Origin: Geotalea daltonii FRC-32
GTDB taxonomy: Bacteria > Desulfobacterota > Desulfuromonadia > Geobacterales > Geobacteraceae
DNA length: 32,000 bases
Assembly (NCBI RefSeq): GCF_000022265.1
Contig: NC_011979.1
Coordinates: 930,001-962,000 of the forward strand
Direction of reading: 5' to 3'
Positions 14,024-22,779 of this stretch are shown one piece after another. The translations under genes were made by a program, and so were the position numbers. Position 1 is the first letter of the stretch; every line of letters begins with the position of its first letter. The notes beneath the pieces were generated by a model. That model saw only the letters and a list, made by a program, of their open reading frames with translations, was not told the DNA's origin and did no database searches.

Positions 14024-16269
14024 GGCGCAGCGACAGAATAAGCCGCTTGACGACTACCCTTGCCATGCTCCTGTCACTGGCCATAACCGTTGTCGTTCCA
14101 GCAGGCTATTTTGCCGTCTCTTACCATTACATGCAGGGTTCGCTCGATGCCGAAGCGGCAACAGGTGCGGCAGCCGTGAGCGCTTTGGTCAATTCAAATC
14201 CTTCCATGTGGCAGTTCGAGCAGATCAGGCTTTCCGAACTGTTGGATCGGCGCCCTCACAACCGTACGCCTGAACAGAGGCGGGTCGTTGATGTCACAGA
14301 CAACCCCGTGGCCGAAAGTTCGGACTTCTTGCAGAAGCCGATTCTCACCGGGACTCATGAAATCTACGATGCGGGGACAAGTGTCGGGAAGATCCTGGTT
14401 TCCCGTTCCCTGGCGCCTCTTCTTTGGAAGACTTCCTCTGTTGCAGTCGCTGCACTGGCGGCAGGTTTGCTCTTCTACACGGTCTTGCGCATTCTGCCGC
14501 TGCGAGCAGTGAGGCGAGCCTATTCCTCCCTTGAGGAAAGCGAAAAAAAATACCGTTCCCTTTACGAAAGCATGAAGGAAGGGGTGGCGTTGCACCGCAT
14601 CAACTATGATGAGTATGGTGTTCCCGTATCCTTTACCATAGTCGATGTCAATCCCTCATGTCAGCTGCTTCTCGGCTTGAGCAGTGAAGAGTTGATCGGC
14701 AAGGACGGCTCTGAATTGTTCGGCGGGGCTGTGGCCGGCTATTTTCCGGAGATTCTCCGTGCCGCCTCCACCGGCGAGGCATTTTCCTTCGATTTCGTCC
14801 AGCAGGCAGATAAGCAGCGTATTCATGTGGCTGTCTTTTTTCCCGAGACCGGGTATTTCGCCTTTCTCATGGAGGATGTGACCCAGCGCAAGGTCAATGA
14901 AGAGCAGATCAGGCGGCTGGCCTATTATGACAATCTGACCGGACTGCCCAACCGCGCCCTTCTCATGGACAGGCTGGAGCAGATGCTGACCAAGGCCCGC
15001 CGGGACAAAACCAGAGTTGTCCTGCTTTTTCTCGATCTTGACCGGTTCAAGGTGATCAACGATACCATGGGACATGCCCACGGCGACCAGTTGCTGGTCC
15101 AGGTGGCCAATCGCCTGCGTCAGGCGCTGAGGAGCAGTGATACCCTTGCCCGCATCGGTGGTGACGAATTTGTCGTCCTTTTTACCCTTGAGGGGCCACA
15201 GCTGAACGTTTCCCCCCTTGCCCAGCACCTGATCGACAGCATTACCTCGGTCTATCCCATAAGCGGCAGAGATGTGTATGCATCCACCAGCATCGGCATT
15301 GCCACTTTCCCTGATGATGGCGGCGATTGCAACAGCCTCCTCAGGTGTGCCGACATGGCCATGTACGCGGCAAAGGAGGGGGGAGGCAAAGGTTACCATT
15401 TCTATTCGCCGGAGATGAACCTCAAGGCACACGCCAGGATGGAGATGGAGACAAACCTTCGTCATGCACTGGAGCGTGAGGAATTCTTTCTGGAATTTCA
15501 GCCGATCGTCAATGCCAGAGACGGCCGGTTGGTCGGTGCAGAAGCGCTGCTGCGCTGGAGCGATCCGGAGAAGGGACTGATTATGCCGGACATGTTCATC
15601 CAGGTGGCGGAAGAATCGGGATTCATCGTCCCTCTAGGGGAGTGGGTGCTGAGGACCGCCTGCAGGAAGATGAAGGACTGGCGCGAAGCCGGACTGCCGC
15701 CGTTCCGCATTTCGGTCAATGTTTCCGGCCGCCAGTTCTGCCAGGCGAACTTTACCGATACCGTTTGCTCCATCATCCGTGAAACCGGCATGGACCCAAG
15801 TTTTCTGGCTCTTGAAATGACCGAGACCAGCCTCATGGTCGATGTGGAAGCCACGGCCAAGGCCCTGATGCAGTTGAAGGAACTGGATATCTCAATCGTT
15901 ATCGATGATTTTGGCGCCGGATACTCCTCCCTTGGCTATCTGCAGAAATTCCCCATAGATCGGATCAAGATCGACCGCTCATTTATCAGGGACCTCAGTT
16001 CCCATGCCAATGATAAAGCCATTGTCGAAGCCATAATTGCCATGGCCGCCCGTCTTAAGCTGCAGGTGGTCGCCGAAGGGGTTGAAACCTCAGAGCAGCT
16101 CGATTTTCTCAAGGAACAGGGCTGCCATGAGATCCAGGGCTTCTATTTCCATCGTCCCCTGTCCGAAGAGCTTTTCAAGACGCTTCTATGGGAGATCAAG
16201 GATCATCCCGTCCCTCTTTTTGCTTCCCCGGAAGGTGAGACGGTCGTCATTTCCCTAGCCACCTGCTGA
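14020..16269 (+). CDS. Membrane-bound PAS-GGDEF-EAL c-di-GMP signalling protein
   Basis: Two TM segments flank a ~100-aa periplasmic loop. PAS region is YRSLYESMKEGVALHR.... GGDEF is intact (ARIGGDEF) with an RSSD I-site 5 residues upstream. EAL is intact (GAEALLRW, DDFGAGYSSL, KIDRSF, EGVETSEQ, QGFYF). Confidence 0.92.
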   Translation: MRRSDRISRLTTTLAMLLSLAITVVVPAGYFAVSYHYMQGSLDAEAATGAAAVSALVNSNPSMWQFEQIRLSELLDRRPHNRTPEQRRVVDVTDNPVAESSDFLQKPILTGTHEIYDAGTSVGKILVSRSLAPLLWKTSSVAVAALAAGLLFYTVLRILPLRAVRRAYSSLEESEKKYRSLYESMKEGVALHRINYDEYGVPVSFTIVDVNPSCQLLLGLSSEELIGKDGSELFGGAVAGYFPEILRAASTGEAFSFDFVQQADKQRIHVAVFFPETGYFAFLMEDVTQRKVNEEQIRRLAYYDNLTGLPNRALLMDRLEQMLTKARRDKTRVVLLFLDLDRFKVINDTMGHAHGDQLLVQVANRLRQALRSSDTLARIGGDEFVVLFTLEGPQLNVSPLAQHLIDSITSVYPISGRDVYASTSIGIATFPDDGGDCNSLLRCADMAMYAAKEGGGKGYHFYSPEMNLKAHARMEMETNLRHALEREEFFLEFQPIVNARDGRLVGAEALLRWSDPEKGLIMPDMFIQVAEESGFIVPLGEWVLRTACRKMKDWREAGLPPFRISVNVSGRQFCQANFTDTVCSIIRETGMDPSFLALEMTETSLMVDVEATAKALMQLKELDISIVIDDFGAGYSSLGYLQKFPIDRIKIDRSFIRDLSSHANDKAIVEAIIAMAARLKLQVVAEGVETSEQLDFLKEQGCHEIQGFYFHRPLSEELFKTLLWEIKDHPVPLFASPEGETVVISLATC

Positions 16270-16355
16270 GGATCAATCTGCAGCGCCGTTTTCGCCTCCT
16301 TGCCGGTTCTTCAGGGATCGGTTTCCACTGTCGAATACTTTCCTTTCACCATTCC

Positions 16356-17366
16356 TTACTCCTGAAACCTGCTTTTCATGGAAAGGGCAAGTGCCGTGCT
16401 GATGCCTGTTGCCAGCAGTCCCAGCCCCAGCCACTTGTTTTTTGCCAGCCACAGCTGATCGCACTGGTAACTTGCCTGTGCATCGAACCTGCCATGGGCG
16501 CTGAAGTCTCCTTCCACCGGGTGCCACATGTTGTTCGGACGATCCCGTTCTTCAAGTTCATCGGTCTGCTGCCCGGAATAGCCTTTTTTCGCCAGGTACA
16601 GGTCCAGTATGCCGGCAATGAACTTGTTGCCCCACATTGCTTTGACCGTCGGCATTCCCACATAGAGTTCCCGGCGACGATGATGGGAGGACCAGACTAT
16701 GGCGTCGGCGGCAACCTCCGGTTGGAAGATGGGGGGGACCGGCTGCGGCTTGAAAGGCATTCTCGATTTCGTCCAGTTGAACTGGGGGGTGTTCATGGCC
16801 GGCAACTGGACCATGGTGATGTGAACCTTGCTCCGGTCATGGATGAGCTCGCAGCGAATGGAGTCGGTGAAGCCCCTGATGGCATGTTTGGCACCGCAAT
16901 AAGCGGACTGCAGCGGAATGCTCCGTTCTGCGAGGGCAGAGCCGACCTGGATGACCGTCCCCCGGTTGCGGGGAATCATCCGGCTCATGGCTGCCGAGGT
17001 ACCATAGACCACTCCCAGGTAGGTCACCTCGGTCACACGCCGGAACTCGTCCGAGGTCATGTCCTTGAAGGCGGAAAAGACCGAGACCATGGCATTGTTG
17101 ACCCAGACGTCGATTGGCCCAAACTGCTCCTCCACCCTGGCGGCCGCCAGTTCCACCTGGTCGGCATCGGCCACGTCGGCGACGAGAATGATAGCCTCAC
17201 CACCTCTTTCCTCCACCTCCTGCCGGACCGCTTCCAGCCGCTCCTGGTCCCTGGCCAGCAGGCCGATCCTGGCGCCTTCACGGGCAAAGGCCCGGGCAGT
17301 GGCGCGACCGACCCCTGCCGATGCTCCGGTAATCACCACGGTCCGTTTTGTGCCACCAGGTTTCAT
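16356..17366 (-). CDS. Short-chain dehydrogenase/reductase with a C-terminal membrane helix
   Basis: Rossmann motif VVITGASAGVGRA, NNAM, and catalytic YCGAKHA (YxxxK). C-terminal hydrophobic segment is WLGLGLLATGISTALAL. RBS GGAGGG precedes ATG 17366. Confidence 0.85.
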   Translation of the reverse strand: MKPGGTKRTVVITGASAGVGRATARAFAREGARIGLLARDQERLEAVRQEVEERGGEAIILVADVADADQVELAAARVEEQFGPIDVWVNNAMVSVFSAFKDMTSDEFRRVTEVTYLGVVYGTSAAMSRMIPRNRGTVIQVGSALAERSIPLQSAYCGAKHAIRGFTDSIRCELIHDRSKVHITMVQLPAMNTPQFNWTKSRMPFKPQPVPPIFQPEVAADAIVWSSHHRRRELYVGMPTVKAMWGNKFIAGILDLYLAKKGYSGQQTDELEERDRPNNMWHPVEGDFSAHGRFDAQASYQCDQLWLAKNKWLGLGLLATGISTALALSMKSRFQE

Positions 17367-17377
17367 GCTCCCTCCAT

Positions 17378-17821
17378 TTACAATTTATGTCGGCAGGCCG
17401 GATCAACCCCTGTCCCGTACACGTAGACCATTTCTCCTCCAAGCCAGCCGGAAATGGCGAGGAGCAGCACCGCCATCACCGATAGGGCAAACTGCCCGAT
17501 GTTCCCCGGATCGGCACGCCGCCACAGGAACTCGATCACGTAGATGATGACAATGGTCAGATTTATCGCCATGTGCCAGATCCCGAGCTTTTTTTCCGGT
17601 GAGGCATGGAGAGTGAACAGATCGACGAAACCCGGCAGTGCCGCAATCAGTGCGCCGATAACACCTCCGCCGATGGCGTAGAGGGAGGTCGTCCGCCAGG
17701 TTACGTCCCCTGTGGCAAAGAAGATGATGTCGCAGGCCAGTGAAAAGATCCATAGCCCAATGGCCAAAGGTATGAGCATGGGGTGGAGAGGATGTTTGGC
17801 AATGTTTGCTGTGGCAATCAT
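17378..17821 (-). CDS. DUF2231-type integral membrane protein (4 TM)
   Basis: KHPLHPMLIPLAIGLWIFSLACDIIFF and four hydrophobic helices fit DUF2231 as I recall it. Its ATG overlaps the stop of the upstream dehydrogenase (ATGA). Confidence 0.7.
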   Translation of the reverse strand: MIATANIAKHPLHPMLIPLAIGLWIFSLACDIIFFATGDVTWRTTSLYAIGGGVIGALIAALPGFVDLFTLHASPEKKLGIWHMAINLTIVIIYVIEFLWRRADPGNIGQFALSVMAVLLLAISGWLGGEMVYVYGTGVDPACRHKL

Positions 17822-20733
17822 GATCGGGCTCCTTTCTCCCTTTTCAGGGCAAGCTGCAGCAGCTCCGCCGTGTGCAGCGCCTTTCTCCCTGCCCCTCCCA
17901 TGATCTGCATCCGGCAGCTGAAGCCGTCGGCGACGATATAGGCGGGTAGCCCGGCCTTGCGGATGGAGGGGAGCAGTGCGGCTTCGGCGATCTTCATGGA
18001 AATTTCATATTTGCCCTTCTCGAAGCCGAAGGATCCGGCCATGCCACAGCACCCTGGCTGGGGCTCCTGGACCTCAAGCTCCATTTTCTTCAGCATCTGC
18101 CGTGCGTCATCGATCCTCAGCACTGCCTTCTGATGGCAATGGCCGTGAAAGACAGCCTTGCCTGATAATTTCGGCGGTGCGAACTGCTCCCGTTCCATAA
18201 ACTCGCTGAACAGAAAAGTCAGTTGTGTCAGCCTCTGCCCGTCCTGATGCTGGGGCATCAGCTCCGGCAGTTCGTCCCGGAAGACGGCAGCGCTGCTCGG
18301 CTCAAGAAAGATCACCGGCATCCCTTGGCGTACATAGGGGCTGAGAAGTTCAACCGCCTTGAGAATCTCCCTTTTTGCGTGGTCAAGCATGCCGTAGTCG
18401 ATGGGCGGGCGCACCGTAGGCGGAGCAGGCAGTATCCGTACGCTGCAGCCGTAATGTTCCAAAACCTCCAGGGCCGCTTTAAGGATCTCGGGAAAAAAGC
18501 AGTCATTGAACAGGTCTGGGTAGATGACCACCGGGCGACCTTTGCCGGGCTGCTTTCGGGTGCGTCGGTACCAATCGGTAAAGGTCTCATCGGCAAATCT
18601 GGGCATGGTCCTCTCCTGGGCGATTCCGCCCAGGGCCTTGGTAATGGTGCGCAGGAACGGCGCATGGGAGAGGAAATTGGCCATCCCCGGCATCCGGGCG
18701 CCGATCCTGCCCCAGATGCCGATCAGCCCCATGGAGTAGGCGGGTAGTGGCCGGAGTCTTCGCCGGTAATAGTGGGAGAGGAATTCCGCCTTGTAGGTGG
18801 CCATGTCCACGTTAACGGGGCAGTCACTCTTGCAGGCCTTGCAGGAGAGGCAGAACTCCAGCGCCTCCAGCACTTCCCTGCTGCGCCAGCCATCCTTGAT
18901 GAAGTCGCCGCGGAACATCTCGAAGAGGAGATGGGCCCGCCCACGTGTGGTGTGCTTTTCCTCCCTGGTGGCGAGAAAACTGGGACACATGAAAGCATCG
19001 TGGGTGCGGCGGCATTTGCCAACCCCCACACAGCGCAGGGTGGCACGGGGAAAACTCCCCTCGTCCCGTGGGAACTGGAAATGGGTCAAGGGCTGCCAGG
19101 GATTGTAGCCGGTGCCGAGTCTCAGGTTCTGGTCCGGCAGATAGGGATCGATCACCTTGCCGGGATTCATCTTCCATTCCGGGTCCCAGAGGGTCTTGAA
19201 CTGGCGGAACGCCTCCACCAGCTCGTCGCCATACATCTTGCCCAGAAAAATGGCTTTCGACTGGCCGTCGCCATGTTCGGCGGAGAACGAGCCGCCATAT
19301 TTGACCACCAGGTCAGAGGCCTTATGGATAAAGGCCATGTAGTTCCTGATACCCTCATGGCTGAAAACGTCGAAGGAAATGCGGCAGTGGATGCAGCCGT
19401 CGCCGAAGTGGCCATAGAGGGAGGCCGCAAGCCGGTGATCGTCCAGGAGCTTCCTGAATTCCCTGAGGTAGTTGCCGATCCTCGCCGGGTCCACGGCGGC
19501 GTCCTCCCAGCCTGGCCAGCTGAGGGTCATGCCGGGCACGTTTGCCGTCGCCCCGAGCCCCGATTCCCGGATCTCCCAGATTTTCTTCTCCTCCCTTTCG
19601 TCGGTAAACAATTTCATGGATGGCGGATTCTTCACCTTTTTCAGCTCATCCATGGCGCGGCGGGCCTTTTGGTTCGACTCCTCCTTGCTGTCGCCGCCGA
19701 ATTCCGCAAGCAGCCAGCCGTTCCCTTCGGGCAGCAGGGCCAGGTCATGGGTGTGGAGCCCCTTTTTCCGGGCCAACTTGATCAAGAGGTCGTCGAGCCC
19801 CTCCAACCCCACCGGCTCGAAGGCGAGGATATCGGGGATGTGATCGCCGGCGGCAAAGATATCCGGATAGCCCAAAAGCAGGATGGAGCGGGCCGGCGGG
19901 CTATGGATCAAGCGTATTTTGGCTTCAAGTACGGTGACGCAGGTACCTTCTGTTCCCACCAGCGCCCGGGCCACGTGGAAGCCGTTCTCCGGCAGCAGGT
20001 CGTCCAGGTTGTAGCCGGAAACACGGCGGGGGATCTTTGGATAGCGGCTGCGGATCAGATCGCCGTAGCGGTCGCGGATGTCACGCATGCCCCGATAGAT
20101 TTCCCCCCGGCGCCCGCCTTCGTTGATGATCGCCTGCAGCTCCTCCTCGTTGGTGGGCCCCACCTTCATCCTGATGCCGTCATAGGTGACCACATCCAGT
20201 TCCAGGATGTTATCGACGGTGCGGCCGGCCATGACCGAGTGGATGCCGCAGGAGTTGTTGCCGATCATGCCGCCGAAGGTGTTGTAGTTGTGGGTGGCCG
20301 GATCGGGTCCGAAGGTCAGGTGGTAATTCTCCGCCTGGTCCCGAAGATGGTCGAGGATGACTCCCGGCTCCACCCTGGCATAGCGGTTTTTCTGGTCCAG
20401 CTCCAGGATGCGGTTCAGGTATTTTGAATGGTCGATGACCACGGCGAGATTGCAGGTCTGGCCGCAGAGGCCGGTTCCTCCCCCACGGGAAACGATGGGA
20501 GCGCCGTGACGGCGGCAGATCTCCAAGGTCTTGACAACGGCTGCTACAGATTTGGGGACGACGACGCCGATGGGAATCTGCCGATAGTTGGAGGCATCAG
20601 TGGCATAAAGAGCGCGACTTGCCGTATCGAAACGGACCTCCCCCTCCACCTGATAACGCAGGTCTGCTTCCAAAGCACCAGGATTGAGGGTGGTGCGGAC
20701 GAACTCCTCGCTCTTCTGGGGTTGCGGCATCAA
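17818..20733 (-). CDS. Fused FAD-binding oxidase, 4Fe-4S and CCG-domain dehydrogenase (GlcD-GlcF-like; D-lactate/2-hydroxyacid dehydrogenase type)
   Basis: N-terminal FAD_binding_4 region is YATDASNYRQIPIGVVVPKSVAAVVKTLEICRRHGAPIVSRGGGTGLCGQ. Ferredoxin-type Cys clusters are CVGVGKCRR and CLSCKACKSDCPV. C-terminal CCG-type motifs include CCGMAGSFG. Length is 971 aa. Confidence 0.85.
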   Translation of the reverse strand: MMPQPQKSEEFVRTTLNPGALEADLRYQVEGEVRFDTASRALYATDASNYRQIPIGVVVPKSVAAVVKTLEICRRHGAPIVSRGGGTGLCGQTCNLAVVIDHSKYLNRILELDQKNRYARVEPGVILDHLRDQAENYHLTFGPDPATHNYNTFGGMIGNNSCGIHSVMAGRTVDNILELDVVTYDGIRMKVGPTNEEELQAIINEGGRRGEIYRGMRDIRDRYGDLIRSRYPKIPRRVSGYNLDDLLPENGFHVARALVGTEGTCVTVLEAKIRLIHSPPARSILLLGYPDIFAAGDHIPDILAFEPVGLEGLDDLLIKLARKKGLHTHDLALLPEGNGWLLAEFGGDSKEESNQKARRAMDELKKVKNPPSMKLFTDEREEKKIWEIRESGLGATANVPGMTLSWPGWEDAAVDPARIGNYLREFRKLLDDHRLAASLYGHFGDGCIHCRISFDVFSHEGIRNYMAFIHKASDLVVKYGGSFSAEHGDGQSKAIFLGKMYGDELVEAFRQFKTLWDPEWKMNPGKVIDPYLPDQNLRLGTGYNPWQPLTHFQFPRDEGSFPRATLRCVGVGKCRRTHDAFMCPSFLATREEKHTTRGRAHLLFEMFRGDFIKDGWRSREVLEALEFCLSCKACKSDCPVNVDMATYKAEFLSHYYRRRLRPLPAYSMGLIGIWGRIGARMPGMANFLSHAPFLRTITKALGGIAQERTMPRFADETFTDWYRRTRKQPGKGRPVVIYPDLFNDCFFPEILKAALEVLEHYGCSVRILPAPPTVRPPIDYGMLDHAKREILKAVELLSPYVRQGMPVIFLEPSSAAVFRDELPELMPQHQDGQRLTQLTFLFSEFMEREQFAPPKLSGKAVFHGHCHQKAVLRIDDARQMLKKMELEVQEPQPGCCGMAGSFGFEKGKYEISMKIAEAALLPSIRKAGLPAYIVADGFSCRMQIMGGAGRKALHTAELLQLALKREKGARS

Positions 20734-20794
20734 GTCCCTCCGAAGGCAATATCCAGCAATTCAAGCCCAGAGCAACAGCAACAATCCGCGGTGT

Positions 20795-22588
20795 TTATTT
20801 TTCGCTGCGGGACAGCATATTGGCCATCATCTGCTTCGCCGACTGCTTGACCATTCCACCTAGATTGGGGTCACCCTTGAAGATGGAGAACATGTAGCCC
20901 TTTGCCTGCTCGAAGGTTATGTGCGGTGGCAGTGGCGGGACCTCCGGATCGCAGTGGGCGTCGATCACCACCGGCTTGCCGGCCTTGAGAGCTGCGTCCC
21001 AGGCGGCGCCGATCTCATTGGGATGCCGGAGCTCGATCCCTTCCAGTCCCAGCATTTGTGCATAACGGGCATAGGGAAAGGCCGGAATGTCCTGGGAGCC
21101 CATGAACTTAGGGTCACCGTTCATCACCCGCTGTTCCCAGGTGACTTGATTCAGATCCTCATTGTTCAGCACCATGATCACCAGACGCGGGTCGCACCAT
21201 TCCCGCCAGTATTTGGCGATGGTGATCAGACCGTTCAGGCCGAGCATCTGTACTGCTCCGTCTCCGACCAGAGAAATTACCACCCGCTCCGGGTTATTGA
21301 TCTTTGCCGCCAGGGCGTAGGGGATACCGGGGCACATGGTGGATAGTGTTCCGGAGAGGGAGGCCATCATGCCGCGGCGAATTTTGAGGTCCCTGGCGTA
21401 CCAGTTGGCAGCTGAGCCGGAGTCGCAGGTGATGATGGCGTGATCCGGAAGCCTTGAAGAGAGTTCCCAGAACAGCCGTTGAGGGTTGATCGGGGTGGCT
21501 GAAACATTGGCCCGTGCCTCCATTACCTGCCACCATTCGCGCACATTTGCTTCCACTCCGTCTTGCCAGCTGCGATCGGTCTTCTTTTCCAGCAGCGGCA
21601 GCAGTGCCCGCAGGGTCAGTGCTGTATCCCCCTGCAGGTTCACTTCCATCGGGTAGCGCAGGCTCAGCATGCGTGGGTCAATGTCGATCTGCACCCCTCT
21701 TGCCTGCCCTTCCCTGGGAAGAAACTCTGAATAGGGAAAGCCGCTGCCAATCATGAGGAAGGTGTCACAGTTCATCATCAGCTCATAGCTGGGTTTGGTC
21801 CCCAAGAGGCCGATTGAGCCGGTGACGTAGGGAAGATCATCCGGCAGCGCCGCCTTGCCCAGCAACGCCTTGGCGACTCCGGCACCCACTTTTTCCGCTG
21901 TTTCCACGACCTCTTCCGTGGCATGGAGGGCACCGGCACCGACCAAAATTGCTATTTTCCTGCCGGCGTTCAATACATCGGCCGCCTTTCGCAGATCATC
22001 CTTTTTCGGCACTACTTCCGGTCTGCTGAAACCGATTCCGGTGAAGGTGGCGCCATGCTTCCGGGGTGGCGATTCTACAGCTTCCAGTTCCTGGACATCG
22101 TTCGGCAGGATAATACAGGTGACGGTACGTTCGGCCAAGGCGATCCTGACTGCCCGGTCGACCAGATGTCTGATCTGGGCAGGATTGGTTGCCATCTGTA
22201 CAAAATGGTGGGCCACATCCTTGAACAGGGAGATCAGGTCCACCTCCTGCTGGTAATCGGCTCCCAGGGAAGTGGTGGCTTGCTGCCCGACGATGGCCAC
22301 CACCGGCTGATGGTCCATCTTGGCATCGTAGAGGCCATTGAGAAGATGAATGGCTCCCGGTCCGGAGGTGGCGATGCAGATCCCGACTTCACCGGTGAAT
22401 TTGGCGTGACCGCAGGCCATGAATGCAGCCTCTTCCTCATGCCGTGCCTGATAAAAGCGGATCTTTTCCTGTGCCCGATTCAATGCTCCCATTACTCCAT
22501 TTATGCCGTCCCCAGGATAACCGTAGACCCTGCGCACGCCCCAGTCCATGAGACGCTGCACCAGATAATCGCTGGTAGTTATAGCCAT
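20795..22588 (-). CDS. Thiamine-diphosphate enzyme of the pyruvate oxidase / pyruvate:quinone dehydrogenase (PoxB) family
   Basis: The N-terminal pattern YLVQRLMDWGVRRVYGYPGDGINGVMGAL...RHEEEAAFMA...TSGPGAIHLLNGLYDAKMDHQPVVAIVGQ...YQQEVD parallels E. coli PoxB as I recall it. TPP-binding region is GDGAVQMLGLNGLIT...NNEDLNQVTWE. RBS GGAGGA precedes ATG 22588. Confidence 0.8.
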   Translation of the reverse strand: MAITTSDYLVQRLMDWGVRRVYGYPGDGINGVMGALNRAQEKIRFYQARHEEEAAFMACGHAKFTGEVGICIATSGPGAIHLLNGLYDAKMDHQPVVAIVGQQATTSLGADYQQEVDLISLFKDVAHHFVQMATNPAQIRHLVDRAVRIALAERTVTCIILPNDVQELEAVESPPRKHGATFTGIGFSRPEVVPKKDDLRKAADVLNAGRKIAILVGAGALHATEEVVETAEKVGAGVAKALLGKAALPDDLPYVTGSIGLLGTKPSYELMMNCDTFLMIGSGFPYSEFLPREGQARGVQIDIDPRMLSLRYPMEVNLQGDTALTLRALLPLLEKKTDRSWQDGVEANVREWWQVMEARANVSATPINPQRLFWELSSRLPDHAIITCDSGSAANWYARDLKIRRGMMASLSGTLSTMCPGIPYALAAKINNPERVVISLVGDGAVQMLGLNGLITIAKYWREWCDPRLVIMVLNNEDLNQVTWEQRVMNGDPKFMGSQDIPAFPYARYAQMLGLEGIELRHPNEIGAAWDAALKAGKPVVIDAHCDPEVPPLPPHITFEQAKGYMFSIFKGDPNLGGMVKQSAKQMMANMLSRSEK

Positions 22589-22683
22589 CTGGGTATTCCT
22601 CCATGTAAATTAGTTATGTCTCATAAAAAGAAGTCTAAGGCCACATCCCCCCTTGTCAACAGAAATCCTGGATATTTGCAGTC

Positions 22684-22711
22684 TTGACTTGTAGGTGTGT
22701 CTTGCTACAAA
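22684..22711 (+). promoter_or_regulatory. Candidate sigma-70 promoter for the ACIII-cbb3 operon
   Basis: TTGACT (22684-22689), 16-nt spacer, TACAAA (22706-22711). It lies in the AT-rich 191-bp divergent intergenic region. An 11-nt palindrome TTAATGATTAA (22731-22741) lies just downstream. Confidence 0.35.
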
Positions 22712-22779
22712 TAAATAGTATTGGTTTAATTTAATGATTAATGTGCACATTCACCGCTGCTCCAGGAGGATGCTACAAG

